From a bacterium (GTDB lineage: Bacteria > Zhuqueibacterota > Zhuqueibacteria > Residuimicrobiales > Krinioviventaceae), in contig CAXXFV010000006.1 of NCBI GenBank assembly GCA_963674595.2, positions 32,001 through 96,000 of the forward strand: 64,000 bases of DNA, written 5' to 3'. The notes beneath the pieces are model-generated. The model was not told the DNA's origin. It did no database searches and saw nothing but the letters and a program-made list of their open reading frames with translations. Below, piece after piece: positions 32,334 through 41,285 of the stretch (position 1 is its first letter; each line of letters opens with the position of its first letter). A program made the translations under genes and the position numbers.

Positions 32334-34670
32334 TTATTCATATTTTAAAGTTTGTACCGGATTTGTCATAGCTGCTTTTAATGTATGAAAGCTGATTGTA
32401 AACAAAGCCAACAGTATTGTTATCAGTCCTGTTATGAGAAATGGAGTTACTGAAAGATTTATGCGATAGGCATAGTTTTTCAGCCAGTTGTTGATAAATA
32501 ACCAGGAAACAGGCCAGGCTATTAAATTTGCTAAAAGAACCCATTTTGAAATGTTTTTGTAAAAGAGCAAAAGAATAGCCGGTACCGAGGCCCCGGCTAC
32601 TTTACGGATTCCGATTTCTTTTGTCCGTCGCTCGACCATAAAGATAGACAATCCAAAAAGTCCCATACTGGAAATAATAATAGTTAACAGAGCAAATGAT
32701 GTGAATAATTTTCCCAGTTGTTGCTCAGATTGGTAAAGTGACTCAAAATCCTGGTCCATAAAATTATAAGAAAACGGGAATCCCGGGGCAATGCTGTTTA
32801 TTGTTTTTTCGATATGTTGTAAAGATGCCTCTATTTCTGATGGTTTTATTTTTATGGCCAGATAATTATACCACCTGGGATCAAGATCAAAGGCACAGGG
32901 TTTAATTTCAGAGTGAAGAGAATTGAAATTAAAATCTTTAATAACACCGATAATGCGGCCGTTACCTGATATGGATTTCCCTACGGGATTTTCGAGTCCC
33001 ATTTGTTTAACCGCCGTTTCGTTGATAACAAAACCCAGGCTGTCTGATGCAATATCCTCTGAAAAAAATCTGCCGGCGGCCATATTTATTTGAAACGTTT
33101 CAGTAAAATCAGGAGATACCGAAATAATATTCATCAAAATTGATTTTTGCTGATCGTTTCCTTCCCATTGATTAACATCGATACTTGCAAAGGCTTTTAT
33201 ACCAATTTTGTCTGATAGAACAGCGACATGAGTTATAGATGGTTTTTTAAGCAATTCATGTTTGATGGTATTGACTTTTGATTTACTCTCTCTATTTAGA
33301 GGAACAAATACAATGTGACTTTTCTCAAATCCCGGATTTTGTGCACGAAGATAATTCAGTTGACGTGAGATAAAAAGAGTCGCAACGATTAATATAGCTG
33401 TCATTGTAAATTGGAAAATAACAAGAACAGACCGGAACAAAGATGAACCGGAGGCCTGTTTACCTTTAAAAATAGCCACTGGTTTCAGTGAAGACAAATA
33501 CAAAGCCGGATAACTACCGGAAATAATGCCGGTAAATATAGATAGTATTAAAAGAGCGCCTATGAGCGGTAAGTTGTGCAGGATATTAAAGGTCAGATAT
33601 TTACCTGAATACTGGTTAAAGACCGGTACTAACAACTTGACAATTAACAGGCTTGAAAACAGTGATAAAATTGTGATAAAAACAGCTTCCAGATAAAACT
33701 GGATTGTCAGGTCCAGTTTGTTTGCACCGACAACTTTACGCAATCCGATTTCTTTTGTTCGAACAGATGTTCTCGCCGTGGTCAGGTTCATAAAGTTAAT
33801 ACAGGCAATGAGCAAAACAAATACGGCAATAACGGTAAAAATATAAATATAGGTAATGATACCGCCGCCGTTGATATTGCGGATATGTATGTCTTTTAAG
33901 GCCTGAAGGTATAATTTCGGTTTCCACTTGAAAGTAGCGGACTGTGCGGCAAAGTCTGCAATTTTGGTGTTCAAGTCGCTCACATTCGTATTCTCATTGA
34001 GCAATACAAATGTATTATAGCCCCATTCGTGCCAATTATTTTCATCACCGCTTCCCATCAATTCTTTATAATGTTTAAAGGGAAAAAACAGTTCACATTG
34101 AAAATAACTGTTTTTCGGAATGTCTTTAATAACGGCTGTTATTTTAAAATCGGTTTTATTGTTTACCGTAATTATTTTATCCAGAGGTTCCGTATCGCCA
34201 AACAGTTTGTGCGCCATTGTCTCCGTAATAACAACAGAGTAGGGAAGTGTCAGAGCAGATTGCTTGTCTCCTTTAACAAAATCATAGGAAAAAATATCAA
34301 AAAAATCGGGATTGGCAAAACTACTCTTTGTTTCTAAAACTGATTCGTTTCGAGTGATCAGTAACCTGTCCTGCAATTTATAGGTTGTTGATTTTGTGAT
34401 TTCAGGAAATTTATTTTTTATCGCCTTTGCCAGGGCCGTCGGTGTGGAGGCATAATTGCGCATTTCTTTATATGTGGCATCTTTTAAATTGACTCTGTAA
34501 ATGGAACCTGTGTTTTTATGAAACGAGTCATAGCTTAATTCATGCTGAATCCACACCATGATAAAAACGCAAACCGACAATCCGGCTGTTAATCCGATTA
34601 TATTGATAAACGTAAATAATTTCTGTTTACGCATAATTCGTAATATTATTTTTAAATGATTGAAGAGCAT
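32334..34670 (-). CDS. Duplicated MacB/FtsX-type ABC permease (9th)
   Basis: IACINFMNL..R.KEIGLRK, RTKEIGIRK, NPVQTLKYE. Confidence 0.92.
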   Translation of the reverse strand: MLFNHLKIILRIMRKQKLFTFINIIGLTAGLSVCVFIMVWIQHELSYDSFHKNTGSIYRVNLKDATYKEMRNYASTPTALAKAIKNKFPEITKSTTYKLQDRLLITRNESVLETKSSFANPDFFDIFSYDFVKGDKQSALTLPYSVVITETMAHKLFGDTEPLDKIITVNNKTDFKITAVIKDIPKNSYFQCELFFPFKHYKELMGSGDENNWHEWGYNTFVLLNENTNVSDLNTKIADFAAQSATFKWKPKLYLQALKDIHIRNINGGGIITYIYIFTVIAVFVLLIACINFMNLTTARTSVRTKEIGLRKVVGANKLDLTIQFYLEAVFITILSLFSSLLIVKLLVPVFNQYSGKYLTFNILHNLPLIGALLILSIFTGIISGSYPALYLSSLKPVAIFKGKQASGSSLFRSVLVIFQFTMTAILIVATLFISRQLNYLRAQNPGFEKSHIVFVPLNRESKSKVNTIKHELLKKPSITHVAVLSDKIGIKAFASIDVNQWEGNDQQKSILMNIISVSPDFTETFQINMAAGRFFSEDIASDSLGFVINETAVKQMGLENPVGKSISGNGRIIGVIKDFNFNSLHSEIKPCAFDLDPRWYNYLAIKIKPSEIEASLQHIEKTINSIAPGFPFSYNFMDQDFESLYQSEQQLGKLFTSFALLTIIISSMGLFGLSIFMVERRTKEIGIRKVAGASVPAILLLFYKNISKWVLLANLIAWPVSWLFINNWLKNYAYRINLSVTPFLITGLITILLALFTISFHTLKAAMTNPVQTLKYE

Positions 34671-34691
34671 TTCGTTCTCCTGATATTTCTT

Positions 34692-36194
34692 TTAATCCTG
34701 AAAATGTGTTTGAAAAAATGAAAAAAACTCCGGGATCATTTGATACCACTCGTCATGATGATGTCCGCCATCAAAAAGGACATATTTATGATCCATGCCT
34801 TTTGTTTGTAATAACGAATGAAATTCTTCCGCCACCTTGTTTAATCCCAGTTCATCACTGTTGCCGCAGGTTATAAAAATATTTTGTTTAATTTTTTGCT
34901 GAGAATTGGAAACGATATAAAAGGGATTTTTTTCTACATATTCTTTTTGGGGTCTGTGCAGAACGCCGGAAACAGATACGACAGCTTTAAACCTGTCCGG
35001 ATACCTCAGTCCGAAACTCATGGCGGCAGTGCCACCGTTTGATAAGCCGATGATCCCGCAGGTGTTTTCGTTGACCCGATATTTACTTTCAACACAGGGT
35101 ATCAGTTCCTGGATAAAACTTTTTTCCAGATTTTTACCCGTTAAAGGCTCTACAAGAAACCTGGAACCTCGTGATCCCTGAGTGCCAATCAGGATAAAGG
35201 GTTCAACCTTTTTGGATAGGATCAAGTCATTATATATTTGATCCAGTCGACCGTTAACCAATGTTCCGTATATTTCGCTTCCGCCGCCAAAAGCGTAAAT
35301 AACCGGATATTTTTTGTTTTTATTCGTATAATAATCGGGCGGCAAGTACACACCGAAAACCCGTTCCTCGGATAAAATATCTGATTTATAATAATCCCTT
35401 ATCAAATAAAACGGCTGTTTTATTAATTCGCCATTTTGCAAAAAAAGTTCGTCAATAAAAATCCTTTTTGAAGATTGATAATCCATTTCAATTTGAAATA
35501 AATATTGACTTGTTCCGGAATTTTCTTTTTTGCCCAATGGTTGAATTTCAATGTGCCGGGGAAATTCACCGAATAATTGATAATCGTTTTTTAACTTCAA
35601 CTGTTCAAAAGAGAGGTCTGTGCTACCGGATAATTGACTGATTATATTTTCAACAAGAGGTTTCCAGGCATCTGTTTTAGGAGTATAGGGCAGGTACTGG
35701 TTGTTTTTAATAAAATCCTGTAATTTTATAATTGATGGAATTCTATTATAAAACCCGCCGCGTTTGGAATTATTTTCAATTATAAAAGAGAGCTTTACCT
35801 CTTTATTAGTATTTATAGAAGCCGGAATGTAGAATAGCGAATTCTTCCAGTTTTCAATCCGGAATAAAGGCGAAAGTGAACCGCAGGTGCCAACCAGGGA
35901 ATCGTTCCAATTGGCTTTAACAGCTTCACCAACTTTACCAATCATCAGTATTAAATCCGTGTTTACAAAATCGTCGGGAATCGTTTCGCGTATTGAAACA
36001 TTAAATTTTCCGATTTGCTCAAAGAGTAATTTGTCAGTAGGCTTTTCAATTTTAATCTGTGATTGCTGCGAGGGTGATGACTCTGCTTGAATGGTGTAAT
36101 TGCCGGTTAATTCTAACATATCCTGACTGGAAGAGATTTGACAGGTACAGAACACAATCACTAAAAATAGAAAGATATAACGTTTTTTATTCAT
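34692..36194 (-). CDS. Exported alpha/beta-hydrolase (Fes/EstA-like esterase) with an N-terminal accessory domain
   Basis: Signal peptide; VYLPPDY, KYPVIY, ELIP.VES.Y, GLSNGG nucleophile elbow, G.SD, GGH...W. Confidence 0.8.
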   Translation of the reverse strand: MNKKRYIFLFLVIVFCTCQISSSQDMLELTGNYTIQAESSPSQQSQIKIEKPTDKLLFEQIGKFNVSIRETIPDDFVNTDLILMIGKVGEAVKANWNDSLVGTCGSLSPLFRIENWKNSLFYIPASINTNKEVKLSFIIENNSKRGGFYNRIPSIIKLQDFIKNNQYLPYTPKTDAWKPLVENIISQLSGSTDLSFEQLKLKNDYQLFGEFPRHIEIQPLGKKENSGTSQYLFQIEMDYQSSKRIFIDELFLQNGELIKQPFYLIRDYYKSDILSEERVFGVYLPPDYYTNKNKKYPVIYAFGGGSEIYGTLVNGRLDQIYNDLILSKKVEPFILIGTQGSRGSRFLVEPLTGKNLEKSFIQELIPCVESKYRVNENTCGIIGLSNGGTAAMSFGLRYPDRFKAVVSVSGVLHRPQKEYVEKNPFYIVSNSQQKIKQNIFITCGNSDELGLNKVAEEFHSLLQTKGMDHKYVLFDGGHHHDEWYQMIPEFFSFFQTHFQD

Positions 36195-36243
36195 TATTTA
36201 ATACCTCGTTTTTACGTGTATTATAATTTTGTACAGGATCGTT

Positions 36244-36423
36244 TTACTCATACCTCAAACTCTCCACCGGATTGGCGGTAGCTGCACGGACCGTTTGAAA
36301 ACTGATCGTTAATAAAGCGATAACCAGTGCAGATACCCCTGCCAGCAAAAACGGCCAGATGGTTAAATCAATTCGATAGGCAAAGTTTTGCAGCCATTTG
36401 TTCATAGCGTACCAGGCAAGGGG
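36244..36423. repeat. Permease 3'-end direct repeat, copy A
   Basis: 180 nt with 4 mismatches to 41097-41276 by manual alignment. Confidence 0.95.
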
Positions 36424-38706
36424 CCAGGCGATGAGGTTGGCGATTAAAATCAATACTAATAATTCTTTGATAAGGAAATTGATGATATTTGGTATTGATG
36501 CGCCAAATATTTTTCGTATCCCAATCTCTTTTGTCCTTTTTTCAGTAGTAAATGCAATTAAACCGTATAGACCCAAACAAGCGATGATAATAGCCAGAGA
36601 GGATGAGAGATTCAAGAGCAAAATTGTTTTTAATTCGGATTTGTATATTTTTTCAAAATGTTCATCCAAAAAGAAAAATTCAAAGGGACGGTCTGGAAAA
36701 TGCTCCGGCCATTTTTTTGCCATATAGTGTAAACATTCTGAAACCTGAATTGGATTAATTTTGACTGAGAGATATTTTCCCCAGCCGATATAAAAAACAA
36801 GCGGTTGTATTTTTTTATAAACAGGCGCAAAATTAAAATCTTTAACCACACCGATGACTCTGCCAGGTTTGTTTTGTGACCATGCTGAATGAAATATTTT
36901 GTTGATCGGCTCTTCCCATCCAATTGTTTTGACGGCTGTTTCATTCACTATATAAGCATGTGTTGCATCTGTTCCATAGTCTTGAGAAAAATCTCTTCCT
37001 TTAATAATTTCAAAATTATATGTTTTTATAAAATCGTAATCTACTCTAATTGTTGGAAAACTGGTTTTATTATCATGTTGTTCCAGCATTACTGGTGCGT
37101 CACTGTACTTGTTGCCTTCCCACCAAAATCGCATTGAACGTTTACCTGTCATACCACTTGGAAAGTCTGAAGAAGCAGAAACGTTTAAAATCCCGTTATG
37201 TTGTTCCAGTTGTTTTTTATATGACAGATGTTTTTGTTTACCCCAGTTTCCCCGAAGCGGAATTACCAGAATTTGGTTTTTAAACACACCAAGTTGTTTT
37301 TTATGCATATATTTCAGTTGATTTGCAAAAATTAACGTTGTACATATTAATGCAATACAAATTACAAATTGCGAAACGACTAGAACCTTTTTAAAAGTGA
37401 ATTTGGTATGTCTATTTGAAAAGGCCTTTTGGAAAACGGAAACAGGATGAAAACCGGACAGGAACACTGCGGGGTACCATCCAGCAATTAAACCAAGAAA
37501 GAGTGTGATAATCAGAAAACCCAATATAAGGGGCCAGTTTTGAAAATAATGCAATGTCAGGTTCCGGTCCACAAGTTGACTGAAAAAGGGTAATATTAAT
37601 TCCGTTAAAAGCAAAGCGGCAATAAAAGCAAAAATCGCTGTAAATAGTGATTCGCCAAGAAATTGTATAATTAAAGATTTACGTTGTGCTCCAATGACTT
37701 TACGAACCCCTATTTCATGCGCTCGATTTTCAAAACGGGATGTTGATAAATTCATATAATTGATACAGGCAATAACAAGAATTAAAAGGGCAATAACAGA
37801 TAGCATTATTATTTGCCTGTAATTTTCATTGGTTTCAAGGCCGTTCCTCCCCATTATATAAAGATGTGTTTTGGTGAGTGGCTGGAAAGCCGGAAGCCTT
37901 GTAATTTCTTTGGGATAATCCGGGCTCGGATGTTTATTAGCAAATTCAATGAGTTTATTTTCCAATGTTGAGGGTGAATGCTTTTTATCCATTAACACAA
38001 AAGATTTAAAAGTATTTGATCTGCGCCATCTGTCCCAGGGTGAAGGAGAAATCCCAATCACCTCTTCAGCGCAGGACATGGACGCCAGAAAGTCAAATTT
38101 TATGTGTGAATTATCCGGAATATTTTTTAATACGCCTGTAATTGTAAAATCGAATTTTTTAAATTGATTGTCATATACAATAATTTTACCAACAGGGTTT
38201 TCGTCTCCGAAATATTTTTCAGCCATTTGTTCAGTCAATACGATGGAATAGGGATTGACAAGCGCTGTCCTTGGGTTACCTTGTATTAAGGGGTATGTAA
38301 ATATTTCAAATACTGTTGCATCTGCAAAAAGTATATGTTCTTCATAAAACCGATTTTCGCCGTAGGACAGTAATATTTTTTGTTCGTTTCTCAAAGGGGC
38401 ATATATTGCGCTTGTAAACCGACAATAATTTAGAATTTCCGGAATTTCATCACAAATTGCCGGTGTCATGGGTGCCGATGTTTCTGCAAAGAAAATTGAA
38501 TCTGGTCCTCGACGTATTTCTGTATGGACTTTATAAATGCAATCTGCATTTTCGTGAAACCGGTCTGAACTTGCCTCATGATACGCGTAAATAAAAATCA
38601 TAAATGCAACTGTTAATCCGACCGACATACCAAAAACATTTATTAAAGTAAATGCTTTATGTTTTAACAAGTTTCGAAGTGCAATTTTCACATAATTTTT
38701 TAACAT
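36244..38706 (-). CDS. Duplicated MacB/FtsX-type ABC permease (8th)
   Basis: MLKNYVKIALRNL, IACINYMNL, EIGVRK, NPVESLRYE. Confidence 0.92.
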   Translation of the reverse strand: MLKNYVKIALRNLLKHKAFTLINVFGMSVGLTVAFMIFIYAYHEASSDRFHENADCIYKVHTEIRRGPDSIFFAETSAPMTPAICDEIPEILNYCRFTSAIYAPLRNEQKILLSYGENRFYEEHILFADATVFEIFTYPLIQGNPRTALVNPYSIVLTEQMAEKYFGDENPVGKIIVYDNQFKKFDFTITGVLKNIPDNSHIKFDFLASMSCAEEVIGISPSPWDRWRRSNTFKSFVLMDKKHSPSTLENKLIEFANKHPSPDYPKEITRLPAFQPLTKTHLYIMGRNGLETNENYRQIIMLSVIALLILVIACINYMNLSTSRFENRAHEIGVRKVIGAQRKSLIIQFLGESLFTAIFAFIAALLLTELILPFFSQLVDRNLTLHYFQNWPLILGFLIITLFLGLIAGWYPAVFLSGFHPVSVFQKAFSNRHTKFTFKKVLVVSQFVICIALICTTLIFANQLKYMHKKQLGVFKNQILVIPLRGNWGKQKHLSYKKQLEQHNGILNVSASSDFPSGMTGKRSMRFWWEGNKYSDAPVMLEQHDNKTSFPTIRVDYDFIKTYNFEIIKGRDFSQDYGTDATHAYIVNETAVKTIGWEEPINKIFHSAWSQNKPGRVIGVVKDFNFAPVYKKIQPLVFYIGWGKYLSVKINPIQVSECLHYMAKKWPEHFPDRPFEFFFLDEHFEKIYKSELKTILLLNLSSSLAIIIACLGLYGLIAFTTEKRTKEIGIRKIFGASIPNIINFLIKELLVLILIANLIAWPLAWYAMNKWLQNFAYRIDLTIWPFLLAGVSALVIALLTISFQTVRAATANPVESLRYE

Positions 38707-38750
38707 AATTCATCCCACTTAAACAAAATTATACTTCCAGATTCTATAGT

Positions 38751-38939
38751 CTACTCATACCTTAAACTCTCCACCGGATTGGCCGTGGCTGCCCGGACCG
38801 TTTGAAAACTGATCGTCAGTAAGGCAATTACCAGCGCTGCTAATCCTGCCAGCAAAAACGGCCAGATCGTTAAATCAATTCTGTAAGCGAAACTTTGCAG
38901 CCATTTGTTCATAGCGTACCAGGCAAGGGGAGCGGCGAT
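38751..38939. repeat. Permease 3'-end direct repeat, copy C
   Basis: About 23 mismatches over ~189 nt versus the 41097 copy (manual count). Confidence 0.9.
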
Positions 38940-41078
38940 TCCAAGTGCTACGAATACACTAATGGTTATTTTTTTTGTAAATAGAACTAAAATATGTAAA
39001 ACAGAAGCTCCGTTGACACGCCGGATACCGATTTCTTTGGTTCGCTGTTCTGTAGAAATTGCGGTTATACCAATAAGTCCAAGACAGGCAAGGAAAATAG
39101 ACAGAACAGTAAATACATAAAAAAGATGTTCAAGACGAACTTCAAAACGATAGAGATTATCAATATAATTATCAAGAAATTGCCCATCCAAAGGCCATGC
39201 GGGTATAATTGATTTCCAGGTTTTTTCAATATCTTTGATTGTGCTGAAATCTGCGTGTCCATTCAACTTTACGATTATTGATAGGAACCTATTCTTTTCC
39301 ATCAATTCTATATATGTCGGGAGCTGTTTTTCGTGTAAGGAAAAATAATTAAAATCCTTTATGACGCCGACGACCTCTTTACCACCGTGAAATGTTTTTC
39401 CAACAGGATTTTTCCAGTTTAGTGTTTTAACGGTTGATTCTGTTAGAATGATCGCATTACTGTCGCTATAGCCTGGGAAGAAAAAACGTCCTTCAATGAG
39501 TTCAAAGTTCATAGTCTGTAAAAAATTGTCTCCAACTTCCAGTTCCTTAAAACTCATTTGTTCACCGGGTTCTTGTTTCCTTATTACGAGGTTACATCGT
39601 CCTCCTGCGTTTACAGGTGTTTGGCCGTAACTTATGGCCGAAATATTAGGATGTTGAAGCAATTGGTCTTTTAATGCATTATAATCACCCTCATCAAAAT
39701 TGATCCTATAATGTATGTTGATCATATATATATTATCTTTACGGAATCCCAGGTTTTTATTGTGTATAAAGTGAATTTGTGTTCGCATCAAAGCCAAAGT
39801 CGTTAATAGTATTATCGCGATTGTAAATTGAACCGTAATGAGTATTGATCGCATGATATGATTTTGTTTTGGCGGCGCTGATTTTCCAAGAATTGTCAAA
39901 GGATCTGTTCCGGCTGCAAGCCAGGCGGGGTAGAGGCCCGACAACAGTGTTGTTATCACAAGAATTATCAAAGCAAAAATATAAAAGAAAAAATTATTCC
40001 ATAGTCGTGTTTGATAATCAATACCGATAATATTTTGTAAAACCGGATTAAGAATATGCATGAGGAGAATCGCTAATAACAAACTTGTTAATGAAATAAT
40101 AAATGATTCTGTTAAAAATTGTACGATAAGGCTGCTTTTATTGGCATTGAAAATTTTTCGTATTCCTATTTGTACACGTTTTTGTACTTGTTGCGCTATA
40201 GTTATATTGATGATGTTTATACATGCAATTAAAAGTATGAGAATAGCGATTGCTGTAAAAAGAAAAATATATATCTGCGGCAAAACCTTTGCATACTCGT
40301 CTTTAACTTGCGATTGTAAATGTATGTCACTAATCTGCTGCAATTCCAGTTTCTTACAAGCATCGTTTTTTATGGTTTTTATGAATTCATTCAGGTTTAT
40401 ATTGAGTTGTGCTTTTGGAACCGTGGTCGGCTTTTTAATATAAATAATTGGTCCATAATAAGTCCAGCTATCAAGATTTTGGGACCATCTGGACCAGCTT
40501 AAAATTGCATCAAATTGCATGTGACAATTTGTTGGAATGTCTTGGATGACAGCCGTAACTGTGTAGTTTTGAGAATTATCAATTTTAACAATGTTGCCAA
40601 CAGGATTCTGTTCTCCAAACAGTCTTTTAGAAAGGCTTCTTGTAAGCACGAGACTGTTTGGAGCTTCAAGTGCACTCTCTGGATTACCCTGTATGAATTC
40701 GAACGAAAAGACGTTAAAAAAGTTTGCATCCGCTCGCCAGTTTTTAATATTCTGAAGAGTTTTATCCTTATAGGAAAATATTTCACCACCATAAATTTCC
40801 ATTCTGGTTAGAATTGTTGATTCGGGCAAGTATGTATTAATCGCATTGTATAAAAGAAATGAGGTTCGTATTTGGTCATTTTGTATTAAACGATAGATGT
40901 TATCATAATCTTTAAAAAATCTATCAAAATTTTTTTCGTGTTGAATATATGCAAAAATCGTAAAAAAACATGCTATTCCAACAGCTAAACCAATGATGCT
41001 TAAAAGTGAGTATAGTTTTTGATTTTTAATCGACCGAATTGCGTATTTTATGATGTTGAAAGTCATGTTTTCTCCCAT
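38751..41078 (-). CDS. Duplicated MacB/FtsX-type ABC permease (7th)
   Basis: IACINIIN, QIGIRK, RTKEIGIRR, NPVESLRYE; start may be ATG 41066. Confidence 0.9.
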   Translation of the reverse strand: MGENMTFNIIKYAIRSIKNQKLYSLLSIIGLAVGIACFFTIFAYIQHEKNFDRFFKDYDNIYRLIQNDQIRTSFLLYNAINTYLPESTILTRMEIYGGEIFSYKDKTLQNIKNWRADANFFNVFSFEFIQGNPESALEAPNSLVLTRSLSKRLFGEQNPVGNIVKIDNSQNYTVTAVIQDIPTNCHMQFDAILSWSRWSQNLDSWTYYGPIIYIKKPTTVPKAQLNINLNEFIKTIKNDACKKLELQQISDIHLQSQVKDEYAKVLPQIYIFLFTAIAILILLIACINIINITIAQQVQKRVQIGIRKIFNANKSSLIVQFLTESFIISLTSLLLAILLMHILNPVLQNIIGIDYQTRLWNNFFFYIFALIILVITTLLSGLYPAWLAAGTDPLTILGKSAPPKQNHIMRSILITVQFTIAIILLTTLALMRTQIHFIHNKNLGFRKDNIYMINIHYRINFDEGDYNALKDQLLQHPNISAISYGQTPVNAGGRCNLVIRKQEPGEQMSFKELEVGDNFLQTMNFELIEGRFFFPGYSDSNAIILTESTVKTLNWKNPVGKTFHGGKEVVGVIKDFNYFSLHEKQLPTYIELMEKNRFLSIIVKLNGHADFSTIKDIEKTWKSIIPAWPLDGQFLDNYIDNLYRFEVRLEHLFYVFTVLSIFLACLGLIGITAISTEQRTKEIGIRRVNGASVLHILVLFTKKITISVFVALGIAAPLAWYAMNKWLQSFAYRIDLTIWPFLLAGLAALVIALLTISFQTVRAATANPVESLRYE

Positions 41079-41096
41079 AGAACGATATTTTTAGTA

Positions 41097-41285
41097 TTAC
41101 TCATACCTCAAACTCTCCACCGGATTGGCTGTAGCTGCCCGGATTGTTTGAAAACTGATCGTTAATAAAGCGATAACCAGTGCAGATACCCCTGCCAGCA
41201 AAAACGGCCAGATGGTTAAATCAATTCGATAGGCAAAGTTTTGCAGCCATTTGTTCATAGCGTACCAGGCAAGGGGAGCGGCGAT
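41097..41285. repeat. Permease 3'-end direct repeat, copy B
   Basis: Near-identical to 36244-36423; shares a further ~9 nt with copy C. Confidence 0.95.

Noticed and set aside
36244-41285. Tail repeats as a diversity-generating retroelement TR/VR pair (gene-end location, Avd-like gene nearby, 3 of 4 mismatches at coding-strand A in the 41097 copy)
   Set aside because: No reverse transcriptase in the window, all copies are coding gene ends, one mismatch is not at an adenine, and differences to the 38751 copy are mostly ordinary synonymous changes
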